Position numbers and translations under genes: made by a program. Positions 1 to 13,499 of a stretch of DNA of 64,000 nt are shown in pieces (the first letter of the stretch is position 1; every line of letters starts with the position of its first letter). The notes beneath the pieces are model-generated. The model saw only the letters and a list, made by a program, of their open reading frames with translations. It did no database searches and was not told the DNA's origin. The DNA lies in contig CM061256.1 of assembly GCA_022605425.2 (NCBI GenBank), positions 434,001 to 498,000 of the forward strand, given 5' to 3'. Origin of the DNA: Hamiltosporidium tvaerminnensis FI-OER-3-3. Lineage: Eukaryota > Fungi > Microsporidia.

Positions 1-2518
1 ATCGAAACAACTTATTTTCGAATGAAGAAATTTCAAAAATCCGAACTTAACCCTATTTCATATAAAATATAGTATTTGCCTTTTAAATAGCGCAAAATTC
101 TTTTTATATATAAACCTTAGTCATTTTGATTCATATTCATACTTTAAGATGTATTTTGAGGATGCTTTGAACATAGGAATGTGATGTTCACATATGATTG
201 TTTTTTATTTGAAGCTTCTTTTGTAAAGTTCTTAGCATAATTTATCTTTCATAGTAAAATAAGAGTAATAGTGTTTATAGATCTTCAAATAGTATCTCAA
301 TAGTTAAAAACAAAGATTGGCTTGCTTTATAGCCCGTATACACATAAAATTCTATAAAAAGTCACGCCGGCGGATAACCTAGTAGTCTTTATACCACCCT
401 ATAGAAAAGTATTCCTACATCGTTGCAGTTTTACACAGACGTGCAAAAAATATAAGCTGAACGAAGAAAAATTTTGAATATATATCTTTGGAAAAGTATA
501 TCAATAAGTTTATAAAAAATCCAAATTTATATTTTGATGAGTAAAGTTTCAAAAAAAGCCAAATTCAGAAAAAATAGATTCATAAATCGTATCAATCTAT
601 CTGTTTAATTACAATACACATAAGTAGAGAATTTTTTTTGATTTATACTTTTACTTTTTTCACGCTTGACTCCCTGACTATACCCTTGTATAAATTTATT
701 TTACGCTTATAGAATTACTGAAAAAGGTAATAGGAGCCCATAATAATAGAATAGTAAAGCTGAACGTGCAAATTTTACTAAGAAGACACATTAAATCTAC
801 ATTGGAGAGCGGTTTTAATATGAACAAAGCTCTTGTCCAGCAAACACATGTAATCGTAAAAATGAGCAAAATCATTTTTCGGAGCAGCTCCGAACGTATG
901 CATCTGAGTACAAGAGTCAAATATGTTATACAATTATATCTATTTGTTTGTTTAAGCTACTAAAAAACATATAAATATATTTTTGTGGATTTTTAACATG
1001 ATCTTCATCTATATTTTATTCCGATATTGCTATTTTAAGCCAAAATAATCAAAACAAAATACTCTTCTCATTTTCCAATAAAAAAAGAACCTACACTTAC
1101 AGTTGTAGTTTTTTCTTAATTATTTGAATAGCCGCAATATACCAATCAAAACATTTGCTTTAATTGAAAATTTAGTAGTTAACCATACAGTATTGATATT
1201 ATAATTTTTATTGAATATATATGAATTCTAAGAATAAAGAGAGATAAATAGTAAATATACAGCAAATAAAGAGCAATGGATGGATCTGTACTTTGATGTT
1301 GAGCAAGGGGATATAGTAATATGTGCTGTTTACAATGGGTCTATATCAGCTAAAAAAATTCAATAAAAACTTCATTGCCAAAAAAAGATCTCATAACATA
1401 GCTCGAAGTAAATTGGGCTTCAACGTGTATAAAATTATGAAATTCAAATACGTGTTCATGTCTGAACAATCATTGCCTACAAAAGTAAATCCCGGACGAG
1501 AAGTAGCTACCCGAACGAGCTCACTAGGCTTTTTTGTTGGTAAAACGTGCTAAACCGTTTACAGACGACAAATTATTATAGCCTGTCGGGATTGAAGCAG
1601 CATTACAAAATCGACAAAAAAAGTTCCTACATTGAAAAATTTCTGCTTTCCTGGAAATATAATAACTATAAAAGCAGAAGACAATGCAGACAATATAAAT
1701 CACGGTTCGTTAAAAAAATACTTGGAATGGTTTATTTTGATCCTGTATAAGTCAAATTACTTTCTGAAATACCACCTGTTGCTTTTTATTTGAAGGATTA
1801 ATTCAAGATGAAATATATTAAGAGCTTTAAGCGTTGTTGGAATTAAGAGCAAATGAATGGAGAAGATATTATCACAAAACTCGAAAAACCAATAAGAAGA
1901 ATAAAGCTTGTTGAAGATACATGAATTGGAAAAAAATCAAGGCTAAAAGAACGTGAGTAGACCCAATAAAGGTATCGGTTATTGTAATGCAGGCTGCGGA
2001 AAATAAAATAGGCTCAAAACCATTATAATAAATTATATTATCACTTAACCTTATTGTGTAGAAAAGCTTGATTTTCTCAAAGTTTTGTTACCAATCATAT
2101 TATTTTCGACTTATGCACCGAATCTCTTCAACTATCGATAATTAAGAAAGCTAATTGAAGAAAATAGCACAATAGCTATATTTATGGCATTTAAATAGCT
2201 TAGCTAAAGACAAATTTAACGCAGTCTTTCCGAAAAATACGAGTCATCGAAATTTTTTTAATGCAATAAATTAGCGTCTTGCTAAGTTAAAAGTAAAGAA
2301 TGGCATCATAAATTCTTTTTATGTAGATCTGACAGAAAATATTTCATTTCACAAAATCTTACATACATATTCTAGTTCTCATCATTCTTGGTGTCACACT
2401 TTATTAAATTGAAGCAACCTTTTCTGTCGCCTCTCAAGTTATAGTTTTTCCGAACCTAATACCGTTTCCCAAGAAGTCGTTTTTTTCAAGTACACCATTT
2501 TAAGATCAACATGTTATT

Positions 2519-2772
2519 CTTACTTCCTTAAAACACAGTATCGTAATATTCCTCTGATCTTGGCCTATTCACCTACGCGGTCTTTGATTTTCAAGAAAGA
2601 TAGGCATTTTTGCATTTGTTTCTTTTAATCGGTTGTAATTGAATATTCACAGGGAATGGGCCTATAGATAAAGCGTGGTTTCTATCCCACTAAATCTACA
2701 TCAATTATACACACCATTCTCACACATCCCTTGCTTAGAAGATAGATTTATTGTGACTATCCTCTGTCTACC
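2519..2772 (-). mobile_element. Short non-coding retroposon, family C copy 1 (diverged; shares 5' head with family A)
   Basis: The reverse complement begins GGTAGACAGAGGATAGTCACAATAAATCTATCTTC...GTGTGAGAATGGTGTG...GTGGGATAGAAACCAC, which aligns to the heads of family A and of 61752-61961. The body (ATTCCCTGTGA, GAAACAAAT, GAGGAAT, TAAGGAAGTAA) matches 61752-61961. No clear TSD. Confidence 0.6.
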
Positions 2773-3198
2773 CAAGTCAAAAACCGCTCAAATAATTTTA
2801 AACTAGTATAGAGGTTTAAACAGAAATTATTAAGGTTTTTATGTTGATTGCAACAATAAACAAACGCGGTTCTGTTTTGTTTAAAAAATAAAAGTCAAAT
2901 TTACTTTATTAATTATTCTAAAAAATTTTAATGTTTTCTTTATTGTTTTCAACCTTACCATTCGACACATCAAAATGGTTTTCTTCATAAAAATCGAATT
3001 AATGTGAAAAAATTTAGACTTAGGCGTTTGATTTGTATTTGTATCGAGTTTTTCTATATCAAGACTCTATTTTTAGATGACAAATAAATTGAGATTTTGT
3101 TCATATTTCGTTTAATATGATTTTAACATCATAATTTTTGAAATGAGTGCTATCACAGAAATATTTATATAGTGTTCTATTTTATATACGAATGGGTA

Positions 3199-5622
3199 CA
3201 GCGGTTCTTAACCGGGGGTGTGGAAAGGTATTATTTTTCAAAAAGGGGGTGCATCAGAAGCCCCTGTCAAAAGCTTAAGCTCATACAGAAATTTTGATTA
3301 TGGTTTTTTGAAACGAAATACAAATATGCTAAAACTAAGAATAAAGTAAAAAAAGTGAATTGAATGTTTCGACGTCATGTCTAAGATTACCACACAAGTA
3401 GACAGTCATGCTCATTGAGACTCAGGTGTGTATCAGCTAAATATGCACTATTACAAACACAAGCGCACCTCTCTCCTTCTCTTTATCCGAGTCCACTATT
3501 GTAAGTCTTCGGCAGTTAGTCGAAAGACCTCTTTGTTTCGTATGCGTGCAACGCATTTAAAATTACGTTTGTAAACCATTTAACAATTTATACATTTTTA
3601 ATTGATCAGTGAGTTAAGCCAAAAAAATATTAGCTTGATAGTAAAACGTAAGTAATTTTCAAATAATTTGTAAAAATATAACTTATGTTATATTTAAATA
3701 ATTTATTGATTATTGAACCCATATATGTCAAAAAAATGCCAATGGAACGATAAATATGTAAGTTGTGGATTCACTTTACAAAAGAAAAATATGGTACCAA
3801 CAACCTCAATGTATTATATGTTCCATAATATTTTCAAACAGCAATCTCAAACCAACAAAGTTATTAGAGCATTTTAGCAATCCGCAAGGGGGTCAAAGGA
3901 CTATAACATGGACAGGTTGATTTCAAAAATAGATTGATTTGATTCCGGAGGGGGGGAAATCCTAAAACAATGCGCCTCAGCAATCCAAAAGCTTTTATTA
4001 GGCGCGTTCTATCAAGTGGCATATTTGTGGGCAAAGAAAAAAAATTCCACACGATCGCTGAAGAATAGATAAAACCCTGCGCATTAATAATAGCCAAAAC
4101 AGCATTAAATTTCTGAGTGCATAATATGATCTAGCAATTTCCGTCATTATATGATATGATCCGAATGTGAATTCAAGCTCTTAGTAAAGATATTTTACTG
4201 CAGATAATAAATGGTATTAAACCAAGTCCATTAAAAAAAGTTTATAATTGGATGAGTTAACTAATGTTGTTAATTGCATCCAGCTTCTTATATTTGTGCG
4301 ATAATTTAAATAGAACGAAATGATAGAGGAATTTTTATGTTGCGAACCTTTGGAGTTGACTTCGAAAGGAATCGATGTTCTTAATCATTAAATATATTTT
4401 TTCTAAGTTTAAACTGCCATTAGATGTTATAGGTTCAATATGCACTGATGAGGCTCTGGCAATGTTATGCAAAAATTCTGGATTTGTTTCTCAAATGAAA
4501 AAGGAATCCCCGCAAGCTACGATAACACATTGCATGTTACTTTGCCACGCACTTGCTCTAAAAACTCTACCAGAAGCTTTAAAATATCATCTAATTACTG
4601 CAATAAACGTAGTAAAATATATATGTAGACGAGCTTATATCCTGTAATTTTTCGTTTCCTTTGTGAAGAAATTGATGCTGCTAATACCCTACTTCTATAT
4701 CACACCGATATGCAATGACTCTCTAAATGGTCGCGTCCTTAGGTGAGTTTTTGAATGCCGGGCAAAAAATTATTCAGTTACGGACTGGTCGAAAGTGTGA
4801 TTTAGTAAATGATTTTGAGAGTAAGGGCGCTACTCTTAGAAAAGCCCACCTAGCAGATATATTCAGACAAGTAAATGAATTGAACATATCAATCCAAGGA
4901 TTTTGTACAAATATAATTATAGGAGTGAAAAACCATCTTTATTTATTGGAAAACTAGAAATTTGGGTAATTTGTAAACTTTTCTTTGCTTGATTCAATTG
5001 TTTTGGAAAATGAAAAATGTACAATAATATCTGACAGTACAAGGCATTTTGAATTATTTAGCAATCCTGTATGGATGTTTTTCTATTGGAATCATTACCA
5101 AAACTCAGAAATGGATACTGAACCCATTTCTTTACCACCCATCTTGGATGGATGATAGTGATGCAAAAAAAAGACTAGTATATTGAAATGCGTGACAGTA
5201 GCGAAATTTAAATGGAATTCGAAAAATTAGAATTTACATGAATTTCTGGTACACAGTTAGAACGTTATAATATTTAGATAAAAGTAGCATTGAAGTTACT
5301 TCTACATTTCGGTACTCTTTATTTGGGTGAAATAGAGTTTTCCTCACTTTTGAGCATAAAAACCAAAGCGAGTAATCGCTTCAATGAAAGTGATTACCCA
5401 CGTGTGTCTCTTTCAAAAAAGAGCCTCGCATTCAAATATTATAATCGGAAGTAACAATAGCCTATTCTTTAAATAAAACAATATTTTAGAGTATTTGATA
5501 TATATTTCGATTTTTAAATGGACAACAAATTCGTTTAAAATCGAAACACTTTTTAATCAGGGGTGCAGCGATCATTTTTCATTTAAAGGGGTGTGGCTCA
5601 CTTAAAAAGCTAAGAACCACCG
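3199..5622 (+). mobile_element. Decayed hAT DNA transposon, Buster/Charlie group
   Basis: Imperfect TIRs: CAGCGGTTCTTAACC (3199-3213) and GCTAAGAACCACCG (5609-5622, rc CGGTGGTTCTTAGC), of the Buster CAGTGGTTCTYAAC type. Subterminal GGGGTG motifs occur at both ends, with a transposase relic inside. The expected 8-bp TSD is not recognisable (AATGGGTA vs ATCCATAT). Confidence 0.9.
3725..5472 (+). pseudogene. hAT transposase pseudogene, ZBED8/Buster3-like (BED finger + DDE core + dimerisation domain)
   Basis: Frameshifted pieces read MSKKCQWNDKYVSCGFT, PQCIICSIIFSNSNLKPTKLLEHF (BED finger), HTIAEE*IKPCAL, SICTDEALAML..SGF..THCMLLCHALALKTLPEAL (degenerate TDG and CxxH motifs), and a C-terminal EIEFSSLLSIKTKASNRF..RVSLSK. 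Many stops and frameshifts. Confidence 0.88.
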
Positions 5623-8600
5623 ATCCATATAATGGATTTTTTAATTCGAATGAAAGGTGAAATCATATTACGAATTTTGTTAACAACTGACAAGATAAAT
5701 ATAAATAATCAATCGTTTACAAATGTTTGTATTATTTCATTTGCATATACTTGTTTATTGGCACTCTTGAAAACATATTTTTCAACCAATATATTTGAGC
5801 TCATTCGTTTTAAAACACAAGAAGCATAAAATTTGGATATCATTTGATCATATTTTTGCTTTGCGCCTTTAAATTGATAATCCTCTAGCACATTAGATTG
5901 TCGAAGCAAAGACAAAAAAATCCTGTAATATTTTAATTCAATAAGAATTCCTCATCAATTGTTCAACAATCTTCACGAATCTTCCCCAGTAAGTATCAAA
6001 ATTTTATATATCAACATCAGTATTTAAATTACAAGCATTGAAAACAAGATATTATATTTTCTTTGCACAAATTCAAAAAAAGCTGCGTTAATCGTATTTT
6101 GCCATTTAAAATCTTTAAATGCAATCTCAAACAAGAAAATAGCAGTTTTTGCAACAATTATATCAGAAAATAAACTCAGATTAAAAATTATGCGGCTTGG
6201 CTAAAGAAATTTTCGCAGAAATTTCTTGCTATTGGTTCATCACTCCACATTATGAATTTCAAATAACCAGATTCATCAAATAGTTTATTGTTTTGTTAGA
6301 TTTTAGTCGGTTTAAAGTTTACAAAAATTAGTCAATAAGCATGCCTTTTACGAAATAAATTTAACTTTTTTGAGCTTCATTTTTGTTTGTATTAAATGAA
6401 TAGAAATTTGCAAAATTACATATGAGATCATTTAACCAAATTAATTCTTTCTCAAAACAAATCGTAATCAAACTTTAGTGGAACTAGTTTCTTGCTATTT
6501 TGGTATTCTTAGAGAATGTAAATAAAACAAAATAGTCGCAGAAATGAACAACTGATGCAGCTAGAATATATAGACGTATTCAGATTAATTTGAATTATAA
6601 ATGTATAAAAGAAAGCTATTCGCTGGCATTTATGTCTAGGGTATTAAACATAAAGTTTTCGGAACATGGTATTCAATTTTTATTATACTTCGTCAATTTA
6701 AATATTTCAAATTTAGATGAATCACAATAAATATCAATGTAATACGCTATTATTAAAATTTTTGAATAATAAATAGAGATTTCAGGTACTTTTCACACAA
6801 TTATAATCTTATTTACCAGAAGTGAATTTCTAAATGATACTTTAGGAATATTTAAAGAAAACATAACAAAGTTACAGAGAAAAATATTCTACTTTTACTT
6901 TAACTAGAAAGAATAACATTTGAAAGAATAATTTTCTTACATTAAACCCCCAAATAGAATAGCTTAAAGACAAAAAAAGCATAACATTAGAAAACACAAG
7001 AATAATTATGTTTTATGCCAAAGCTTAAAAATTTCCTCAAACAATAACCAAATTTTGCGAACTAAAAAAAGACGTGTTAACTCCAGCCAAATATTTTTTG
7101 TCTATAATCTCCATCCGTAATATAAATTAAAAGAATTTTCTTTTCAATATTTAGTAAACAATAAATTCAACTTAGAAGTTGAATTATTTAAGTATTTAAT
7201 TTACAAAAAAACATATTAATACCTCGTAGGTCCTGCGAATGATCATTTTCGATTTAACTAGTTCCCAATCTATTAGTTTGACATTTTTTGTCTTTTCTAT
7301 TAGAAGAAGTATAGGTAAACTACACTATTCATTAATCTTTATACGCAAGAAACTTATTTAATCTACGACATAAATCAAAAAAAAGCCATAAAAAACAGTT
7401 AAGATTCGATCATTTTTTTGATAAGAATTGATACTATCAATAAAAAACAATTTAAAATAAATTATTTTCCATTAGAACCATTTTAATTGTATATCAGATG
7501 CATAAATGAGACTTATATGTTTCAGCATCTCTCAACCTTTTGCTATAAACAATTCTTTGGTGCAAGCATAATAACCTTCATAAAATGAAAAAAAATTGAA
7601 TGCAACCATAGATTAGATTGAAATATTTTATCACCAAAACTATGTATTTGATATTTATATTTTGTATTAGTTCTCATAAGTATAAGAAATTTGACTACAT
7701 TTAGAAATTAAATTGCTGTATGGAGTGGCTGAGAAACGTTATATAAAAAGCACGAAATTAATAATTCTAATATGAACAACAGTAACTTCGCATTACAAAT
7801 ACCAAGTTTTAAATAGGGAGTAGGTATACATTTCAAAGATTTATCAATGATTTAGTTAAACCAAGAGTTCTAAACTAGAGGAATTTTTAAAGTTAACTGA
7901 TGTTATGAAAATTGGAATTTTCTACACATCAGTACTCAACAAAAGACACGAGTATTGATTTTTTATATAAGTTAGGGTGTCTATGTTATTTGTAAAACAC
8001 TACGAATAAAATTATTGCACAAAAAGATAAAAGGATTAGAAAAAAAACCCAGGTTGGCTATAATTAAGCCAGTGTAATTAAATCAAGCACTATGTTACAA
8101 GTATTCTTATTTGAATACTTTTTATTATGATATAAACTGTCATTATTCTATAAATTTTAATTTTAGTATCAAATTTTTTTATTCAACAAGAATAGCGAAA
8201 GCTGAGAAACTTTCCAGACTTGTTTATTTCATAGCAACGAAAGACAATGATTACAATACCTTAACCTTTATTTATATTTTACATAGAACTTTCCAGAAAT
8301 ATTACATGATATTTTTATCTAACATCTTTATGTTTTCTTAATTCGAAAAAAATTCGATTTTAATATAAATAATATTTGCATTATTCAACAACAGAAAACA
8401 TAAACCAAAAATTTGGCATGGCCTATTAAAGTGAAATCTTATATTCAACATTAAAAAGGAATTAATTTAAGTAAAATGACTAATAGAAATTATAATTTAT
8501 AGAAACAATGCTCGGATTTTTATTTTTTTATATTGATAAAGGAAACGCCACAGTACTATTCCGAAGCTCAATTTTAATAGGAAAATTATATTAGAAAAAT

Positions 8601-11600
8601 AAAATCTTATAAAAAATTTATTTTAAAGTTGACTTTATATATCCCAAAAATTTTTAATAAAACATCTGAACTAAGATTTTTGAAACATTTTTTTAATGCT
8701 TTTAGTATAATAAATAGATATCCTAGCCATACAATTTTGAATTACTATAATAAAAGCTAAATATATTTGTATTAACTGGTGCAACTATATTTCTTTGTAT
8801 ATACTATCACAATCTTTTCTCTGAAGCGAATTTAAATCTATTATTACGGGTAAAACATTCCAAGTTGCAAATTTATCAAACATTCTGTTTTCTTACTTTA
8901 AATATCAAGGTAAGAAACTTTAAAATTAATTTACATCTACATCCTATATAATATTCATAAAAGAAATAAATTCTAAACTTATTCTTAAATTCTATTCAAA
9001 CTATAATGCTGAAAATTTCGAAAATCGTTAGATTTTATTCTTATAAAGTGACGGTAGTTTCTAAATAACAATTTACAGCATATTAAAAATTATAACATCA
9101 CATTATTCTTAATAGGATGAATACTTTTAATTCCGGTGGAAGCTTACTTTATTTAGTGTGTAAGGTTGCAACAACATTATTTTAAAAAATAAATTGCCCA
9201 ATATCTGCTTTAAAATGTAGGGTTTCATTTTGGTTTTTATAAAGATATTCTTTAATCGATATACTAGTTACAATACGATGTAATTTACATCGTATAATGG
9301 AATAAATGCCAATTTAAAAAAGAAAAATTAATAGTCTATGCATTTCATGTCTTTACAAAAAAATCTATTTTAACATTTTATCTGCAATATAAATAATCAA
9401 AATTTATTTTGAAAAATCGATTTAAAGCTTTTGTAAATATTAAAGTCTGCTATATGTTAATAGAATTCCACTATAATTATAGTATAATTTAGATTCCATT
9501 ATATTAAAGCCTTTAACAGATGGAATAGAACCAGCCTATCCTAGTTAATATACAACACACAAAATCTCTCCGAATATAAGTATAATATTGAATCCTACGT
9601 TATAATTATAAAATCCGCATGAAGCATTAAGTACGATAATAGTCTTTAAAATTATTTTATTAATAGTAAATTCCATATCTAAAATTCACAGAATGTATTA
9701 GCCATAGACTTTTAAGACAAATTGAATTTCGAATATATATCTAGTCGCTAAACCGATGCAAAATTATGATAAAAAACAAGAACAACAAATGCCTGACCAT
9801 ATTATATTTTATTCATTAATTGGATTAGTAAATAAACATTTTAAAAGTCTTAACCCAAAAATTTTTGAATTTATAAAATACCATATTTCCGTTTTGATAT
9901 TGTTTATGCCATCATACACCAAACATAGATTTATAGAATATAAGGTGTTTATAATAGTTGCGCATAAAATCACGCTATTTGCTCAAGCAAGATTTCTGAA
10001 AAATTTTATGATTGGAATAAAATAACAAGGTTTTTAATAACGTAGTTTTTAAGGCGATGTTGTATGAAAACCCAAAATTTGAAATTTTATCCAAATAAAT
10101 GTCATAACATAAAATATAATTTAAAAAAAATCCGGTTTATTTTCTTAAGATCAGCCAAATCCACACACAAAACTCCGTATAAACTACTGGGCGATATATA
10201 GCGAACATTTCTGGAATCAGACTTTGGTTACGAACAGCTTAAATAAATAAAATGTATTTTGAATTTTTTGTAGTACAATAAGTAATATTTTAAATTACTA
10301 TTTAAGATAAGTATCTCCTAATTTGTTAAATTAGAGTCTTAAGAAACACATTTATTTGAGTAAGCAAAACTACATAAACTTAATTCAGTAAATGATGCAA
10401 ATAAATTTAATTATTTGTTAAAAGACATTCCTTAACTCTCAAAATTTTTACAACTCTGTTTCTATTCAAATGATTAAAATTTCCATACTAATCTTAGTGT
10501 GTAAATATAATACACACGCTGTTATCAATTTTGTCATCGTAATTTATATTTTAAAAATATTTCTTTAATAAATCCAACACATAGTTTAGCAGTTACATAT
10601 AGTCTTTTTTAATGAATATAAGCCAACCTTTGTATCAGAATATATTTAGTTTTTTGATAATTTTTTTATTTTACATGATTTTTCAATACATTCTAAATAC
10701 TTTGCTTAAATACATTTGATAGACTTGTAATTTTAACTTTTATATTAAGCTTTTAATTGTAATATTTTATATAAATGTAAAAAAGTGAATTTTTGGTATA
10801 GCGTTCAAACTCTAAACAGCCGTAAAATCCAGACAAAATTTAAATAGATACAGAATCTCTTGTAATATAAATTATAATAAATACTTTCAAATTTATGTTT
10901 GAAATAAATTTTTAATTCTAAACAACATGAGTTTTGTGTATGTATTATACGTTTCGAACAAAGAATACTCATATTCTACAGTCTATGTACACATACATTG
11001 GAAAATATTCTTTATTTTTTAAAAAAGGGCAAATATATAGCGATGTCTTTTAGATATTAATCCGAAGTGTTACTCCGTAAGAATGGTTTTTCAAATTAAA
11101 ATAAGCAGATTGTGACATCTTAGTGTAAACCCTAAAAAATTTAAATGCATAGAGAAATGAAAAAATATTTAGTATCACATCTAAATTGTTTACTACCTAC
11201 AAAACAAAATGCAAGAAACAGTTTACTTCTCAAGTAGGAAAAAGACAGAAGTAGCAATATTTAAGGGCGTATTTTAAATTTAAACGCTATATTATAGCTT
11301 TAAATTCGACCTAATTTCGTGCTGAAGTCAAGATTTGAATTTCGAATTTCCCAACACTTATTTAAGTATACCAAAAGTAACAATTAAATGTTGAAACTAT
11401 AATATTAAAACACAAACACTCTATTCGTGAGATATGGGATATATAAACATGATCTATACAAGAATATCTCACTTTCTACGCAACCATAGAGAAGGCCGAA
11501 AGGAAAAAAATAAAAATTGGTTCATATTATCTAGGAAATATTAGCATATATTAGCTGTTATAGTATGAAGGCAGTCTAGAATAACATCGCATGTTTAATA

Positions 11601-11729
11601 TACGTGCTATAAATATCAGTAAATATAGAAATAGGTATTAAGAATCCACGCAAGTAGTTTTGTCATCTTTGACGAAACCTATATTTAAAGTTTTCCCACT
11701 CTATTCATTTACATAGAAATAAAAATAGC

Positions 11730-12451
11730 TTTATTAAAGCATCACATCTTTTGCCAACAGTTGTCATGTTATATTTGTTTTAATGACATTAACACCGTTC
11801 TAGGTTTAAACATAAATCACTGCTTTCTCAACACTTCATCAGTAACTCCTACGATACCTAAGACCAAGAGCCTTTCATCGCACAGGTGTGTATAACCTAA
11901 TCAACAGGCGAGGCAGTTGACGGATTTTCTTAATATCTGTTGCATGGAGTGTGATCGAAGACCGAACTTCCCTGGGATCCCCAAGACTCTGCAGCATTCC
12001 CACTTACTCTAAAATTTCTAACCCAATAAGCTTTTAGCTAACATATATTCCAGAGACTTATATGGGCACCACCTAGAAGGTGCAATGTCATACCAACAGG
12101 TATAACCTGCTACTCAGCTTTCCTGGCTTTAAATGATTTTTTGTTTTATATCTCCCAGGCGCCAAGTTTTCAAACCCGAGTGAGCAATGCTAGGTTTCTA
12201 GCCTTTTACATTGCAATTGCCTATACGGTCAGCTGCGGCCACAATCTTGGTACATAAAAAATTACAAATAAATTTGTAGAAAAAGTTTCGCCCTTTCGTA
12301 GACCTCTCCTCCTCATACAAATTTCCTTGGAACAACAAAAGATGTAGTATGGTTTTATTTCCACCAAAAATCTAAACAATGATGTTCACACCAGTTTCAC
12401 ATACACTATTGCCAAGCAGAAAGTTGTTTAAGTGGTTATTCTTCCTCCTCT
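11730..12451 (-). mobile_element. ~720-bp non-coding retroposon, family A copy 1
   Basis: Colinear over its full length with 38943-39671 (same strand) and with the reverse complements of 16527-17239 and 53030-53759. An example shared block is GTGCAATGTCATACCAACAGGTATAACCTGCTAC. No conserved ORF; TSD not clear. Confidence 0.88.
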
Positions 12452-12968
12452 TAGATGTTATATAAATATTTATATTTCAATATATATAATATTGTTTAAG
12501 GAAGTGGTTAAATCTGAAATACAAATTTATGACAAATAAATATTTTATTCTTTACTAATATAGCTTTGGTTTCTTAAGATCTAACAGTCAACAATAGTTC
12601 ATAACTATTTTATATTTCAATATTGGTGTTAAATGTTATATTTTTATTATTTCAATATACTAAAAATACATATATTATGCCATCGGATATAAAATAAAAT
12701 ACAATTTGCAACTATATCTTTTTAAAATATTCTTAGAGAATTAAAAAGTCCAATGTCTCGGGATACGTCAATGCTTTCTGAAAAGATATTATTTTCGAGT
12801 ATATAATATGAAGAAATTCAAATGCCGAGTCCGCCACTATTGCTATCTTTTGCCGCGAAAAGCGCTCATACATGTAATTCTAAAAATAAAATTAATTTCA
12901 TGGCTGTAAAAACTTATTTTTTGCGGAATAACGATTGCGAAGTGTTTTTGTATTTAAGAATAAATAGA

Positions 12969-13016
12969 TTAACACTCCGAGTAAGGATCAGATGTCTAAA
13001 ATAGTCGGAGTGTTAA
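12969..13016. repeat. TTAA-flanked 12-bp inverted repeat (possible minimal piggyBac-type MITE)
   Basis: TTAACACTCCGA (12969-12980), a 24-bp spacer, then TCGGAGTGTTAA (13005-13016). The IR is seen directly. The piggyBac reading rests only on TTAA + CAC termini. Confidence 0.4.
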
Positions 13017-13259
13017 GCAGTTTAATATGTAGTAAGAAATTTTTGATATGAAATTTTGTTATCTATTCTTTTTATTTGATTAAAAACTTTTGATAAAATC
13101 CAAAACTTCATTATTGACTATTATAATGCATATATTTAAAATTTTATTGTTAGAAACAATAATATTGGATTAAAGTTGTGTAATATATGTGTCCCCAGTA
13201 GATATTATATACAACTCATAAATAGACAATATTATTATATTATCTATAGGATATTATAT

Positions 13260-13499
13260 TCTCCACCATGCCGGGAGCAGAATTGGTTTGAGTATTCTCT
13301 GCTTGTCGTAAGAGGCGCCAAAAGAGACTGATCCTCCATGTTGGGGTTAAGCGTAGGACCAACAACCCACCCTTCAAAACCTTCGTGTTACGAAACCCGA
13401 TAAGTAAAACCATTCACAGGAAAAAGACCGGTGGGCGATTTACTAAGGGAGGCCAAGGCTCGCACAGAGTTGTACTGATAAAGTATAATGAATGAATAT
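13260..13499 (+). mobile_element. Bipartite RTE-derived SINE-like element, family B copy 1
   Basis: RTE-like 5'UTR motifs (CTCTGCTTGTCGTAAGAGGCG..AAAAGAG; GGGGTTAAGCGTAGGACCAACAACCCACCC..TGTTACGAAAC) are joined to an RTE-like 3' end (GGAGGCCAAGGCTCGCACAGAGTTGTA) and an AATG tail. TSD GATATTATAT at 13250-13259 and 13500-13509. Confidence 0.8.

Noticed and set aside
361-385. CGCCGGCG palindrome followed by CTAGT (Helitron-like end)
   Set aside because: The palindrome is only 8 bp with no loop, and there is no other support.
1547-1900. KSRRQCRQY..YFDPV and ANEWRR fragments faintly resembling a Myb/CDC5 repeat
   Set aside because: The spacing and tryptophan pattern do not fit; too weak to support.
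11815-11845. CUGAUGA...GAAA on the minus strand of family A copy 1 (hammerhead-like core)
   Set aside because: Not conserved: copy 3 has CCGAUGGA and copy 4 has CCCAUUAG at this position, and stems II/III cannot be formed.
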